64,000 nucleotides of DNA from Phycisphaerae bacterium (GTDB taxonomy: Bacteria > Planctomycetota > Phycisphaerae > SM23-33). The stretch covers positions 2,943-66,942 of the forward strand of contig WRDM01000008.1 in NCBI GenBank assembly GCA_009783465.1, written 5' to 3'. Positions 43,711 to 51,958 of this stretch are shown in pieces; within the stretch, counting starts at the first letter, position 1; every line of letters begins with the position of its first letter. The notes under the pieces were generated by a model that saw nothing but the letters and a program-made list of their open reading frames with translations, ran no database searches and was not told the DNA's origin. The translations under genes were made by a program, and so were the position numbers.

Positions 43711-44678
43711 CGCAACGTCAATTCGCCGCCGTTGGCGTCGAGGGTGACGCTGAAGGTGTCGATTCGCAGCACGCGCATGCCGTCGACATTGTCGCCCACG
43801 CGCACGTTTCTGTTATTGACGATGGCGGTCGGTTGGCCGTCGACGATCATGATGGCGCTGAGCAGGGGTCGCCCGTCGAAGGGCTTGGCCCTGGCGACGG
43901 TTTTCGCGCTGCCGCTGCCACCGCTGCTCTTGGCGGGGACGGGTTTTTTCGTCAACTGATTGAGGCGGATGATGCCGTAGGCGAACGGGTCCTCGAAAAA
44001 CGCGTCCAGCGGATCGGGGGTTTCCACGGCGACGGGTGTCCGTGCCGCCAGCAACACCGCCGCGCGATTCATCCAGGGCGTTTCGGGGGAAATCCGGCTC
44101 AGATCGGCCAGCATTTCCTGATGCTTCGCGCAGGCCTCCTCACTTTCCTTGCCTTTTCCATAGCCGAAGATGGCTGCCAGTTGGCTTGCCAACCCCTTGA
44201 GTCCGTTGGTGGCGGGGGGGGGCTCGCTTTGGGGGACCACCTTTTTGTGTGCCGGCGGTATCGCGGGCTTGTTTTTGGGCAGCAGATTGGTGTTGATTTT
44301 CACCGAGGCCTGCGCCTTCTTCATCGTGGTCAACTGCTTGAGCTCCTGCGTGACCCACCACGCCACGCCCGCCAACACGCCGATCATGACCATGTACATC
44401 AAGACTTCCTTGCCCGTCAGCGAGGGCTTGGCCATCTCCTCATAGTTGGGGATATTATTCTGGTACTTCGGCGTTCTCGTGGGCGAAGGCGCTGGCGCCG
44501 CGAAGGACGGTTCCGTCGTCACGGGAGGCTGATCGGGGGCATCCAGGTCGGGCAGCGGCGGAAATTCATCGAGCGGTTCGAACGCGAGATCGTCCGAATC
44601 ATCCAACGGACCGATATCCGCATCGGTCAACTCGGATGGAGGTTCCTGCCTGCCGTGTTGTGCGTCAAAGCCCATCAT
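43704..44678 (-). CDS. hypothetical single-pass membrane protein
   Basis: Acidic/Pro-rich N-terminus, one TM ('VLMYMVMIGVLAGVAWWV'), C-terminal small beta-domain. Confidence 0.5.
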   Translation of the reverse strand: MMGFDAQHGRQEPPSELTDADIGPLDDSDDLAFEPLDEFPPLPDLDAPDQPPVTTEPSFAAPAPSPTRTPKYQNNIPNYEEMAKPSLTGKEVLMYMVMIGVLAGVAWWVTQELKQLTTMKKAQASVKINTNLLPKNKPAIPPAHKKVVPQSEPPPATNGLKGLASQLAAIFGYGKGKESEEACAKHQEMLADLSRISPETPWMNRAAVLLAARTPVAVETPDPLDAFFEDPFAYGIIRLNQLTKKPVPAKSSGGSGSAKTVARAKPFDGRPLLSAIMIVDGQPTAIVNNRNVRVGDNVDGMRVLRIDTFSVTLDANGGELTLRL

Positions 44679-44800
44679 CGCGAATCTCCCGGCGCAGCCG
44701 CCGCGCGGGCGGCATAGTACGCCGTAGTTTCTATTGTCGGTCGATCCCGCGGCTTGGTTTATTAGGAAATATAAGTAGAAGGAATATTGTGAAGAGGCGG

Positions 44801-44895
44801 TTAGACTGTTAGGCTGTTAGGCGCGGGCTTATGCGAATTCAGGCCGAAATGCTCCATAAGCCTCTCCCTAACAGTCTAACAGCCTAACAGTCTAA
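44801..44895. repeat. HS-D hairpin (CTGTTAGG octad arms)
   Basis: TTAGACTGTTAGGCTGTTAGGCGCGGGCTTATG...CATAAGCCTCTCCCTAACAGTCTAACAGCCTAACAGTCTAA. Confidence 0.85.
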
Positions 44896-44896
44896 A

Positions 44897-45496
44897 ATGA
44901 TGAAACGTACGATGGACATTCTCCTGAGCCTGTCGGCGACGATGGTGTTGGCCGGCGTGATGCTGTTGATTGCGGCGGCGGTTCGGCTGGAGTCGCCGGG
45001 GGCGGCCATTTTCCGCCAGCGGCGGGCCGGGTGGCGCGGTCGGGCGTTCGTTATGCTCAAATTCCGCTCGATGCGGAGCGACGTGGATCCGTACGGCGGG
45101 TCGCCGCATTCGGGCGCGGACGCCCGCCTGACGCGGGTGGGACGGTTCCTTCGCGAAACCAGCCTCGACGAACTGCCCCAACTGCTCAACGTGCTCCGCG
45201 GCGACATGAGTCTCGTCGGCCCACGCCCGCTGTACGAACGCCAGGCGGCCGAGTGGGACAGCAACCAACGTCGCCGCCTCGACGTTCGCCCCGGCATCAC
45301 CGGCTATGCCCAGGCCTATGGCCGCGGCGAGCTGCCCATCGAAGACAAAATCGAAATGGATCTGTATTACGTGGATCATCAGTCGTTCTGGCTGGACGCG
45401 CGGATCATGGTTCGCACGGTGCTGAATATGTTCTTCCGGCGAGGCGACGTGTACGAAAAGCAGTACAGCCGCGACAAAAAACACGAGACGGACTGA
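44897..45496 (+). CDS. undecaprenyl-phosphate sugar phosphotransferase (bacterial sugar transferase family)
   Basis: 'FRQRRAG..GRAFVMLKFRSM', 'DELPQLLNVLRGDMSLVGPRP' and 'RPGITG'. Confidence 0.85.
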   Translation: MMKRTMDILLSLSATMVLAGVMLLIAAAVRLESPGAAIFRQRRAGWRGRAFVMLKFRSMRSDVDPYGGSPHSGADARLTRVGRFLRETSLDELPQLLNVLRGDMSLVGPRPLYERQAAEWDSNQRRRLDVRPGITGYAQAYGRGELPIEDKIEMDLYYVDHQSFWLDARIMVRTVLNMFFRRGDVYEKQYSRDKKHETD

Positions 45497-45498
45497 GG

Positions 45499-45638
45499 CG
45501 TCGCATGGGCGTCCCGCCCATGAGTCCCACGGGCATCTTGCCCGTGGTGGCCTGTCTGGAGTACAAACGGTTCGTCTACAGGCTGGCGTTGCATGGGCGA
45601 GACGCCCATGCGACTCACGGGCAAGATGCCCGTGCTAC
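45499..45638. repeat. GC-pal element (GTAGCACGGGCG subtype), intergenic
   Basis: GCATGGGCGTCCCGCCCATGAGTCCCACGGGCATCTTGCCCGTGG ... GCATGGGCGAGACGCCCATGCGACTCACGGGCAAGATGCCCGTGCTAC. Confidence 0.8.
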
Positions 45639-45649
45639 GACGGAGCGAT

Positions 45650-46666
45650 ATGACGGAACTGAACATCCTGTTCACGTGCGCCGGGCGGCGTGTCGCCTTG
45701 ATGGAGACGTTTCGGCAGGCCTTGGCGGCGGTGGGGGCGCGCGGGAAACTATTGGCCGTCGATGCCACGGCCGCCTCGCCGGCATACCATAAAGCCGACG
45801 TCGGCCTGCTCGCGCCGCGCACGCGCGACGAGGCGTACATTCCCACGCTGCTGGAGTACGTGCGCCGCCATCGTGTCGCCCTGCTGGTGCCGATGACCGA
45901 TCTGGATCTGCTGCCGTTGGCGAGGCGGCGGGAGGAGTTCGCCCAGGCCGGCTGTACTGTGATGGTCGGCAGCGAATCCGCCGTGGCCGTCTGTTCGAGC
46001 AAGTCCGCCGTCAACGACGCCATCGCCCGCGCGGGGCTGGACACCGTGCACACGGCCGCGCTCGACGAATTTTTCGCCGCGCCGTTTTATCCGTGTTTCG
46101 CCAAGCCGACGCACGGCTCGGCCGGCGTGGGGGCCCTCCGCGTCGAGAACGAAAACCAACTCCGCCAGCACGTCGCGGCGCACGGGCGGGACCTGGTGGT
46201 GCAGGAATATCTCGACGGGCAGGAGTACACGATCGACGTCTACCGCAGCCGCGACGGCCTGGTGCGGAGCGTCGTGCCGCGGCAGCGGTTGCTGGTCCGT
46301 AGCGGCGAGGTGGAAAAAGGCGTGACGGTCCGCGACGACGGATTGATCGACGCCGGGCGGCGGCTTGGCGAAGCGGTCGAGGGGCTGTGGGGCGCCTTCT
46401 GCTGCCAGTGCCGCCGCGAGCGCGACGAGGGGCGCATCCGCTTTTTCGAAATCAATCCGCGGTTCGGCGGAGGCATGCCGCTGTCCATCGCCGCCGGCGC
46501 CAACCTGCCGCTCTACCTGTTACAGGAAGTCCTCGGCCTGCCCATCACCGCGCGACTGGGCGACTTCACCGACCGCCTCCTCATGCTCCGCTACGACGAG
46601 GCCGTGTACACGCAAGTGGATGACCCACGTGAATTGCCAGGATATGATAAGCCGCAGTTTCGATAG
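45650..46666 (+). CDS. ATP-grasp domain enzyme (polysaccharide-cluster type)
   Basis: ATG at 45650, downstream of the repeat. 'FAKPTHGSAGVG', 'VVQEYLDGQEYTIDV' and 'FFEINPRFGGG'. Confidence 0.7.
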   Translation: MTELNILFTCAGRRVALMETFRQALAAVGARGKLLAVDATAASPAYHKADVGLLAPRTRDEAYIPTLLEYVRRHRVALLVPMTDLDLLPLARRREEFAQAGCTVMVGSESAVAVCSSKSAVNDAIARAGLDTVHTAALDEFFAAPFYPCFAKPTHGSAGVGALRVENENQLRQHVAAHGRDLVVQEYLDGQEYTIDVYRSRDGLVRSVVPRQRLLVRSGEVEKGVTVRDDGLIDAGRRLGEAVEGLWGAFCCQCRRERDEGRIRFFEINPRFGGGMPLSIAAGANLPLYLLQEVLGLPITARLGDFTDRLLMLRYDEAVYTQVDDPRELPGYDKPQFR

Positions 46667-46750
46667 AAACGAGCCACAAGCGACAAGAGCAGGAGAAGCT
46701 TGTCTTTCAAAGCGTTCGCATGGAGCGAGAACATGAAATAAGACAAGACA

Positions 46751-47206
46751 GTAGCGTTGCAGGTGTGTCATTTCGACGTTGAAAACAAATCGAACGGCCT
46801 TCCCGGTCTCACGTGGAAGGGCCGGCGCACAGCCGCGAAGCGGCGTCGTGTATAGCCTAGGGCGAGCCGTACTCGGCGAGCCCTGGGGCAGGCATTGGGG
46901 CAGTTCGTTTATCGTGCCTGACGCCACTGGCCGAGGTCACACCGTCGCGCGAAGGCGGCCTCGAACGGCCCGCACGTTCCCCTGTGATGCCATTCGAAGC
47001 CGTACAGGCCCGCGTGCGCGGCCTCGGCCAGTGGCGTCAGGCACGATGTGGGAACAAAAATAGCTTGTCCCCAGGGCTCGCCGAGTACGGCTCGCCCTGG
47101 GCTATACACGACGCCGCTTCGCGGCTGTGCGCCGGCCCTTCCACGTCAGGCCGGGGAGGCCGCTCGATTTGTTTTCAACGTCGAAATGACACACCAGCAA
47201 CGCTAT
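46751..47206. repeat. ~456-bp multi-level palindrome (I-family termini)
   Basis: Arms of about 140 nt (46751-46890 and 47065-47206). Inner palindrome 46913-47045 (CGTGCCTGACGCCACTGGCCGAGG / CCTCGGCCAGTGGCGTCAGGCACG). Confidence 0.85.
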
Positions 47207-47276
47207 AGTCTTACAAAACGGACGCAGCTTGCGCTTGTCGCTGGTCAGTAACTGCCTAACCAAAGGATTTATAACA

Positions 47277-47687
47277 ATGTCCGACTGTATTTTCTGCAAC
47301 ATCGTGGCGGGGCGGATTCCGTGCGCGAAGCTTCTGGAGGATGACGCGGCGCTGGCGTTTATGGATATCGGCCCGCTGGCGCCGGGGCATGCGATGCTGA
47401 TTCCCAAGGGGCACTACGAAACCGTCGACCAGATCCCCGCCGACGAAGCCGCCGCCGTGTTGCGGCATTTGCCTGCCCTGGTCAAGGCGGTGCGGGCCGC
47501 TACCGGGGCCACCGGCGTGAACGTGCTGCAAAACAACGGTCGATCCGCCAACCAACTCGTGCCGCACGTCCATTTCCACATCATCCCCCGCCGCGAAGGC
47601 GACGCCTGGCACTTCAATTGGCCCGCCGGCAAATACGGACCCGGCGAGATGGACGACATGGCCAGGCGAATCCGTGAGGGCTTGTAA
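47277..47687 (+). CDS. HIT-family (histidine triad) hydrolase
   Basis: 'CIFCNIVAG' and 'HVHFHIIPR'. Confidence 0.85.
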   Translation: MSDCIFCNIVAGRIPCAKLLEDDAALAFMDIGPLAPGHAMLIPKGHYETVDQIPADEAAAVLRHLPALVKAVRAATGATGVNVLQNNGRSANQLVPHVHFHIIPRREGDAWHFNWPAGKYGPGEMDDMARRIREGL

Positions 47688-47705
47688 ATCCAGCGACAAG
47701 CGAAG

Positions 47706-47892
47706 AAAGCCACAAGCCACTAGCCACCAGGTATTGCAGCGTTTGCTGTCATCACAGGGCACACTGCCGGTGTGCGAATGAAAACGTGATCACGAGTCCG
47801 CGAAGCATCGAGACCACTCTCTCGAACGAGAGGAGCGGTTTTACCGTCGTGCCGCGAAAACCCTGGTGGCTAGTGGCTTGTGGCTAGTGGCT
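47706..47892. repeat. HS-B hairpin
   Basis: AAAGCCACAAGCCACTAGCCACCAGGTA ... GGTTTTACCGTCGTGCCGCGAAAACCCTGGTGGCTAGTGGCTTGTGGCTAGTGGCT. Confidence 0.85.
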
Positions 47893-47942
47893 CGGATGTG
47901 GTAAAGTTTTTCCTCCGGACGAATCCGGGAAAAGGATAAACC

Positions 47943-48452
47943 ATGACCCAAGCGAATCCCAGTGTTGTGATCGAAACGTCCAAGGGCGATATCACCGTCG
48001 AGTTGAATGCCGAGAAGGCGCCGTTGACGGTGGCGAATTTTCTCGCGTATGTTGAGGAAGATTTTTTCGCCGGCACGATTTTTCATCGCGTGATTTCGAA
48101 TTTCATGATCCAGGGCGGCGGCATGACGCCGGACATGCGGCAAAAGCCCACCAAGTCGCCGGTGAAAAATGAAGCCGACAACGGCTTGAAGAACGACCGC
48201 GGCACGATCGCGATGGCCCGCACGGGCGTGGTGGACAGCGCGACGGCCCAGTTTTTCATCAACGTCGAAAACAACACGTTCCTCAATTTCCGAGGCAAAA
48301 GTCCCGACGCGTACGGCTACGCGGTGTTCGGCAAGGTGACGGCAGGCCTGGAGGTCGTCGACGCCATCCGCGCCGTCAAAACCACCAGCAAAGGCATGCA
48401 CGACGACGTCCCCGCCGAGGCGATCACGATCAAAACGATCCGCAGGGCGTGA
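47943..48452 (+). CDS. ppiB: cyclophilin-type peptidyl-prolyl cis-trans isomerase
   Basis: 'TIFHRVISNFMIQGGG' and 'GTIAMARTG..DSATAQFFIN'. Collinear with E. coli PpiB as recalled. Confidence 0.9.
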   Translation: MTQANPSVVIETSKGDITVELNAEKAPLTVANFLAYVEEDFFAGTIFHRVISNFMIQGGGMTPDMRQKPTKSPVKNEADNGLKNDRGTIAMARTGVVDSATAQFFINVENNTFLNFRGKSPDAYGYAVFGKVTAGLEVVDAIRAVKTTSKGMHDDVPAEAITIKTIRRA

Positions 48453-48464
48453 GGCGGGACGCGA

Positions 48465-48583
48465 AAAGACTGTTAGCCTGTTAGGCTATTAGCCTGTTAG
48501 GCGCAGGCGTACGGAATGTTGGGCCAAATCTTTCATAAGCCTGCGCCTAACAGTCTAATAGCCTAACAGGCTAACAGTCTTTT
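48465..48583. repeat. HS-D hairpin between convergent ppiB and marC-family genes
   Basis: AAAGACTGTTAGCCTGTTAGGCTATTAGCCTGTTAGGCGCAGG ... CATAAGCCTGCGCCTAACAGTCTAATAGCCTAACAGGCTAACAGTCTTT. Confidence 0.85.
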
Positions 48584-48584
48584 C

Positions 48585-49166
48585 TCATGCCTCCATCATA
48601 AACGCCTTGACGCCTTCGAGGAACATTTGGACGGCCAGGACGATCAGGAGCATGCCCATGAGGCGTTCGAGGGCTTCGAGGCCTCGCGGGCCCAGGAGGC
48701 GTTGCAGGACGTCCGAGAGCATGAGGATGGCGGCGACGGCCAGCCATGCCAGTCCCAGTGCCGCGGCCACTTGGGGCAGCGGGGCGGTCCGGGAGAGGAT
48801 CAGCAGGGTGGTCATGGCCGAGGGCCCGGCGATCAGCGGGACGGCCAGCGGCACGATGAACGGTTCTCGCGGTGGCGTGCCCGGCTGAACGCTGGGGATC
48901 GGAAACACCATGCGGATCGAGATGACGAACAGGATCACTCCGCCGGAAATGTACAGGGCAGGCGGGGAGATTTTCAGCGTGGCCAGCAGGTACGAGCCGG
49001 TCAGCAGGAACGCCGCCAGCACCGCCAGCGCGATGAGCAACTCCCGCGCCAACACCCGTCGTCGCCGCGGGCGGGGCATCTCGCGCAGCGCGGCGGCGAA
49101 CAGCGGCAGATTCCCCAGCGGGTCCATCACCACAAACAACAAAATGGCAGCCGACGCGAGCGACAT
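48585..49166 (-). CDS. MarC-family (UPF0056) membrane protein
   Basis: 'LFVVMDPLGNLPLF' N-terminal motif. Six hydrophobic segments. Confidence 0.85.
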   Translation of the reverse strand: MSLASAAILLFVVMDPLGNLPLFAAALREMPRPRRRRVLARELLIALAVLAAFLLTGSYLLATLKISPPALYISGGVILFVISIRMVFPIPSVQPGTPPREPFIVPLAVPLIAGPSAMTTLLILSRTAPLPQVAAALGLAWLAVAAILMLSDVLQRLLGPRGLEALERLMGMLLIVLAVQMFLEGVKAFMMEA

Positions 49167-49201
49167 GGTACACGATAGGCGCGTGGGTGAACGGGGCGGT
49201 T

Positions 49202-49451
49202 GGTTCGAGGGAACAGCTTAGCCACAAGCCACCAGCCACCAGGGTTTTCGTGTGTCCGATGGTGAAAGTGAACATCACGTACGAGAGAGGGGACTCAATG
49301 CTTCGCAGACTCGGGAGGTAATTCACAGGCCTTGCGTTTCGTGTCTGCGAAGCATTGGGACCATTCTCGCCAGCGTGAGGTGTGGTTTTACCGTCGCGCT
49401 GCGAAAGCCCTGGTGGCTAGTGGCTGTTGGCTAGTGGCTTTCGTTCCCTCG
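49202..49451. repeat. HS-B hairpin with TTCGAGGGAAC clamp and nested inner hairpin
   Basis: GGTTCGAGGGAAC, arms 49219-49244 and 49408-49440, then CGTTCCCTCG. Inner hairpin ...CAATGCTTCGCAGAC...GTCTGCGAAGCATTG... Confidence 0.85.
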
Positions 49452-49654
49452 TCCCGTCGGTCCGCTTTTGCCGTCGAGAAAAGAAAGTAATTCGCACAAC
49501 CAGCGAAAAAACTATTGACGAGGCTGGGCATGAAACGGGATACTGGCAGTACTTGGGCTTAGAGTGAGATGCCACAGAGCGGGCGACATGGAGTTCCCCG
49601 TGACGCGTCGAATGTCTCCCTGGGTCCCTTGAGCATTTTATTGAGGAGTAGCGC

Positions 49655-51058
49655 ATGGCACGCGTGGTTCAGCGACGCAGCACCCCCCCGTATCTCCTGA
49701 TTGTTTTTGTGTTTTTGTTCCTGATCGCCACCGTGGTGGCCGTCCTGATGTATCTCAAGAGCGACGAACTCACCGCGCAGTTGGCGGCTGAGAAGGACAA
49801 GACCAAGGCGGTCGGCACCACGGAAGAACTGAACGCCGCCAGGGCGTTGGCCAGCGGGGCCCCGAAGGGCACGTCCTACCTGAAGGCCTATCAGGACGAG
49901 TTGAGGAAACTCGCCCAACTCGTCGATTCCCGCGCCACCGCTGCCGACGCGTACGGCCGCGTGGAGAATCTCGACGTGGCCGAGCCGTTCACCAAGAACA
50001 AGGGTGTGCTTCCCCTGGTCGACGACCTCAAGGAGGCGTTGACGGCCAAGGATGTGACCATCCGCGAACTGACCGGGAAGTTCGATCTTGCCAGGGAGAA
50101 TCAGGCCAAGGCCGAGCAGGCCCTTGAGGCCGTCTCGGACATGGTCAAGGAATTGCAGGCCCAGAGCGAAGCCGGCACCGCGAAGGTCGTCGCGGACATC
50201 GCGAACCTGAAAGAAGCCGACGCCGCCGAACGGCAGGAGATCCGGCGGGAGTTGGAGAAGAAGCAGGCCGACATCATGAACCAGGTGGTTCAACTGGAGG
50301 CGGAGAAGCGAGGGCTTCACCGGCGAATCGCCGACCTCGAACGCGACAAGCAGGAAATCGTCGACGCCAAGCGGGAAGCCGCCGCCCAGATGAGGGTCTC
50401 GGAAAACATCGCGTCTTCCATGACCAATCAGCCCGCCGGAAAAATCATGAAGGTGTACGACGACACCGTATACATCAACCTGGGCAAGAACGACAAGGTG
50501 CTGCCGACCATGACGTTCTCCATCTACCCGGCCGGGCCTGTCACGGATGAGAACAAGCTTAAGGGCACGCTGGAGATTCTCCAGGTCAGCGACACCACGT
50601 CGGAGTGCCGCATTACCAATCGCTACGCCTCCTCCGGGACGATCACGGCTGGCGACATCATCGGCAACATCACCTTCGTCCGCAACCGGACGTTCGTTTT
50701 CGTCGTCAAGGGCGGGTTCGACATGAGTGGTTCCGGCAGGGCCACCGCCGAAGGCGCCTCCGCCATCCGGGACATGGTTGTCCGCAACGGCGGGAAGCTG
50801 ATGGACAATGTCACGATCGCGACCGATATCCTCGTCATTGGCGCCGAGCCGCCCACGCCCCCCAGGCCTGGCGACGATGCCACCGAAGCGGAAATCGACA
50901 TCTTCACCCAGCAAATGCAGGTCGTGCGGGAGTACAACAAGGCCATCGAAGAGGCCGACAAGTACAAAATCCCCATCCTGAACGCCAACCGCTTCATGGC
51001 CCTGATCGGCCACCAGCCAGGCAGCGTCGAATTGCCCAGACTCGTCCAGGGCAACTAG
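49655..51058 (+). CDS. membrane-anchored coiled-coil protein
   Basis: N-terminal TM, long coiled coil, C-terminal globular (BRCT-like?) domain. Confidence 0.55.
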   Translation: MARVVQRRSTPPYLLIVFVFLFLIATVVAVLMYLKSDELTAQLAAEKDKTKAVGTTEELNAARALASGAPKGTSYLKAYQDELRKLAQLVDSRATAADAYGRVENLDVAEPFTKNKGVLPLVDDLKEALTAKDVTIRELTGKFDLARENQAKAEQALEAVSDMVKELQAQSEAGTAKVVADIANLKEADAAERQEIRRELEKKQADIMNQVVQLEAEKRGLHRRIADLERDKQEIVDAKREAAAQMRVSENIASSMTNQPAGKIMKVYDDTVYINLGKNDKVLPTMTFSIYPAGPVTDENKLKGTLEILQVSDTTSECRITNRYASSGTITAGDIIGNITFVRNRTFVFVVKGGFDMSGSGRATAEGASAIRDMVVRNGGKLMDNVTIATDILVIGAEPPTPPRPGDDATEAEIDIFTQQMQVVREYNKAIEEADKYKIPILNANRFMALIGHQPGSVELPRLVQGN

Positions 51059-51089
51059 CGCACAGGTTGTGCACAACTCATGATAATGC

Positions 51090-51120
51090 AAAACGCCCCG
51101 GAAACGGGGCGTTTTGTGTT
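51090..51120 (+). terminator. intrinsic terminator
   Basis: AAAACGCCCCG-GAAA-CGGGGCGTTTT followed by GTGTT, 31 nt after the stop at 51058. Confidence 0.65.
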
Positions 51121-51129
51121 GATGAGTCG

Positions 51130-51292
51130 GTTTCCATGATCGTCATATTCCGGCGCCACTGGCCACAGGCCCTGCCATTTTGCGTTGCAGATCGTTGTGA
51201 CAGACGAAGCGTTCTGTCGCTCAACAACATTTTACAACGCAAAATGGCAGGGCCTGTGGCCAGTGGCGCCGGAATATGACGATCATGGAAAC
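51130..51292. repeat. H-family hairpin element, copy 2 (longer arms)
   Basis: GTTTCCATGATCGTCATATTCCGGCGCCACTGGCCACAGGCCCTGCCATTTTGCGTTG ... reverse complement. Confidence 0.85.
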
Positions 51293-51335
51293 AACGGGAA
51301 CATGTGATGCGATCGCTCGGCCTACAGCCTGTAGT

Positions 51336-51881
51336 CTATTTTTTCTTTTTCTTGTCGTCGGCCATGGCTTCGAGGGCGGAGAAGATGTCGTCGTCATCGC
51401 CGTCATCGCTGCCGGCTTCGCCGAGTTGGGCCAGCGCGTCGGCGGCGTCATCGTCGTCTTCGTCGAGGACGATGGCTTCTTCCTCGTCGTCGACGTCGAG
51501 TTCGACGACTTCGTCGTCATCGTCGGCCATCGGGGCCGCGGCGGATTTTTTCTTCTTCGTTGCCGCCGGGGCCGTCACGCCTGCCGGCTTGCCGTCGAGT
51601 TGCACGACGAACGAGACAGGCCCGAGCGTCAGCAGGTCGCCCGCCCGCAGCGGCGACTCCGTCACGCGTTTGTTGTTGACGAACGTGCCGTTGGACGACC
51701 CCAGATCGGCGACGACCAGTTTGCCGCCCTCGATCCGCAGTTCGCAGTGCCGCCGGCTGACATCCGTCAACGGCACACGGAGGTCGCACTCATCGCCGCG
51801 CCCCACGATGGTGACGTCGCCCGCCACGGGAAAATCTTTGCGCTGACCATTGGCCTTGAACATTACGAGTTTTACGTCCAT
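51336..51881 (-). CDS. FHA-domain protein with acidic/basic tail
   Basis: 'IVGRGDECDLRV..VSRRHCEL...DLGSSNGTFVNN' is the FHA core. Confidence 0.8.
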   Translation of the reverse strand: MDVKLVMFKANGQRKDFPVAGDVTIVGRGDECDLRVPLTDVSRRHCELRIEGGKLVVADLGSSNGTFVNNKRVTESPLRAGDLLTLGPVSFVVQLDGKPAGVTAPAATKKKKSAAAPMADDDDEVVELDVDDEEEAIVLDEDDDDAADALAQLGEAGSDDGDDDDIFSALEAMADDKKKKK

Positions 51882-51958
51882 GATTCACCTATGTCGCCGC
51901 ACGGGAAAGGGTTTTACCGAACACCGAAACCTGAACACGAACTTCACGCATTGTAAAA

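Noticed and set aside
46779-47109. Two overlapping ORFs (46779..47063 + and 46909..47109 -) with similar peptides ('GRAVLGEPWG')
   Set aside because: The similarity is a mirror artefact of the 456-bp palindrome. There are no SD sites, and both are fully contained in repeat arms.
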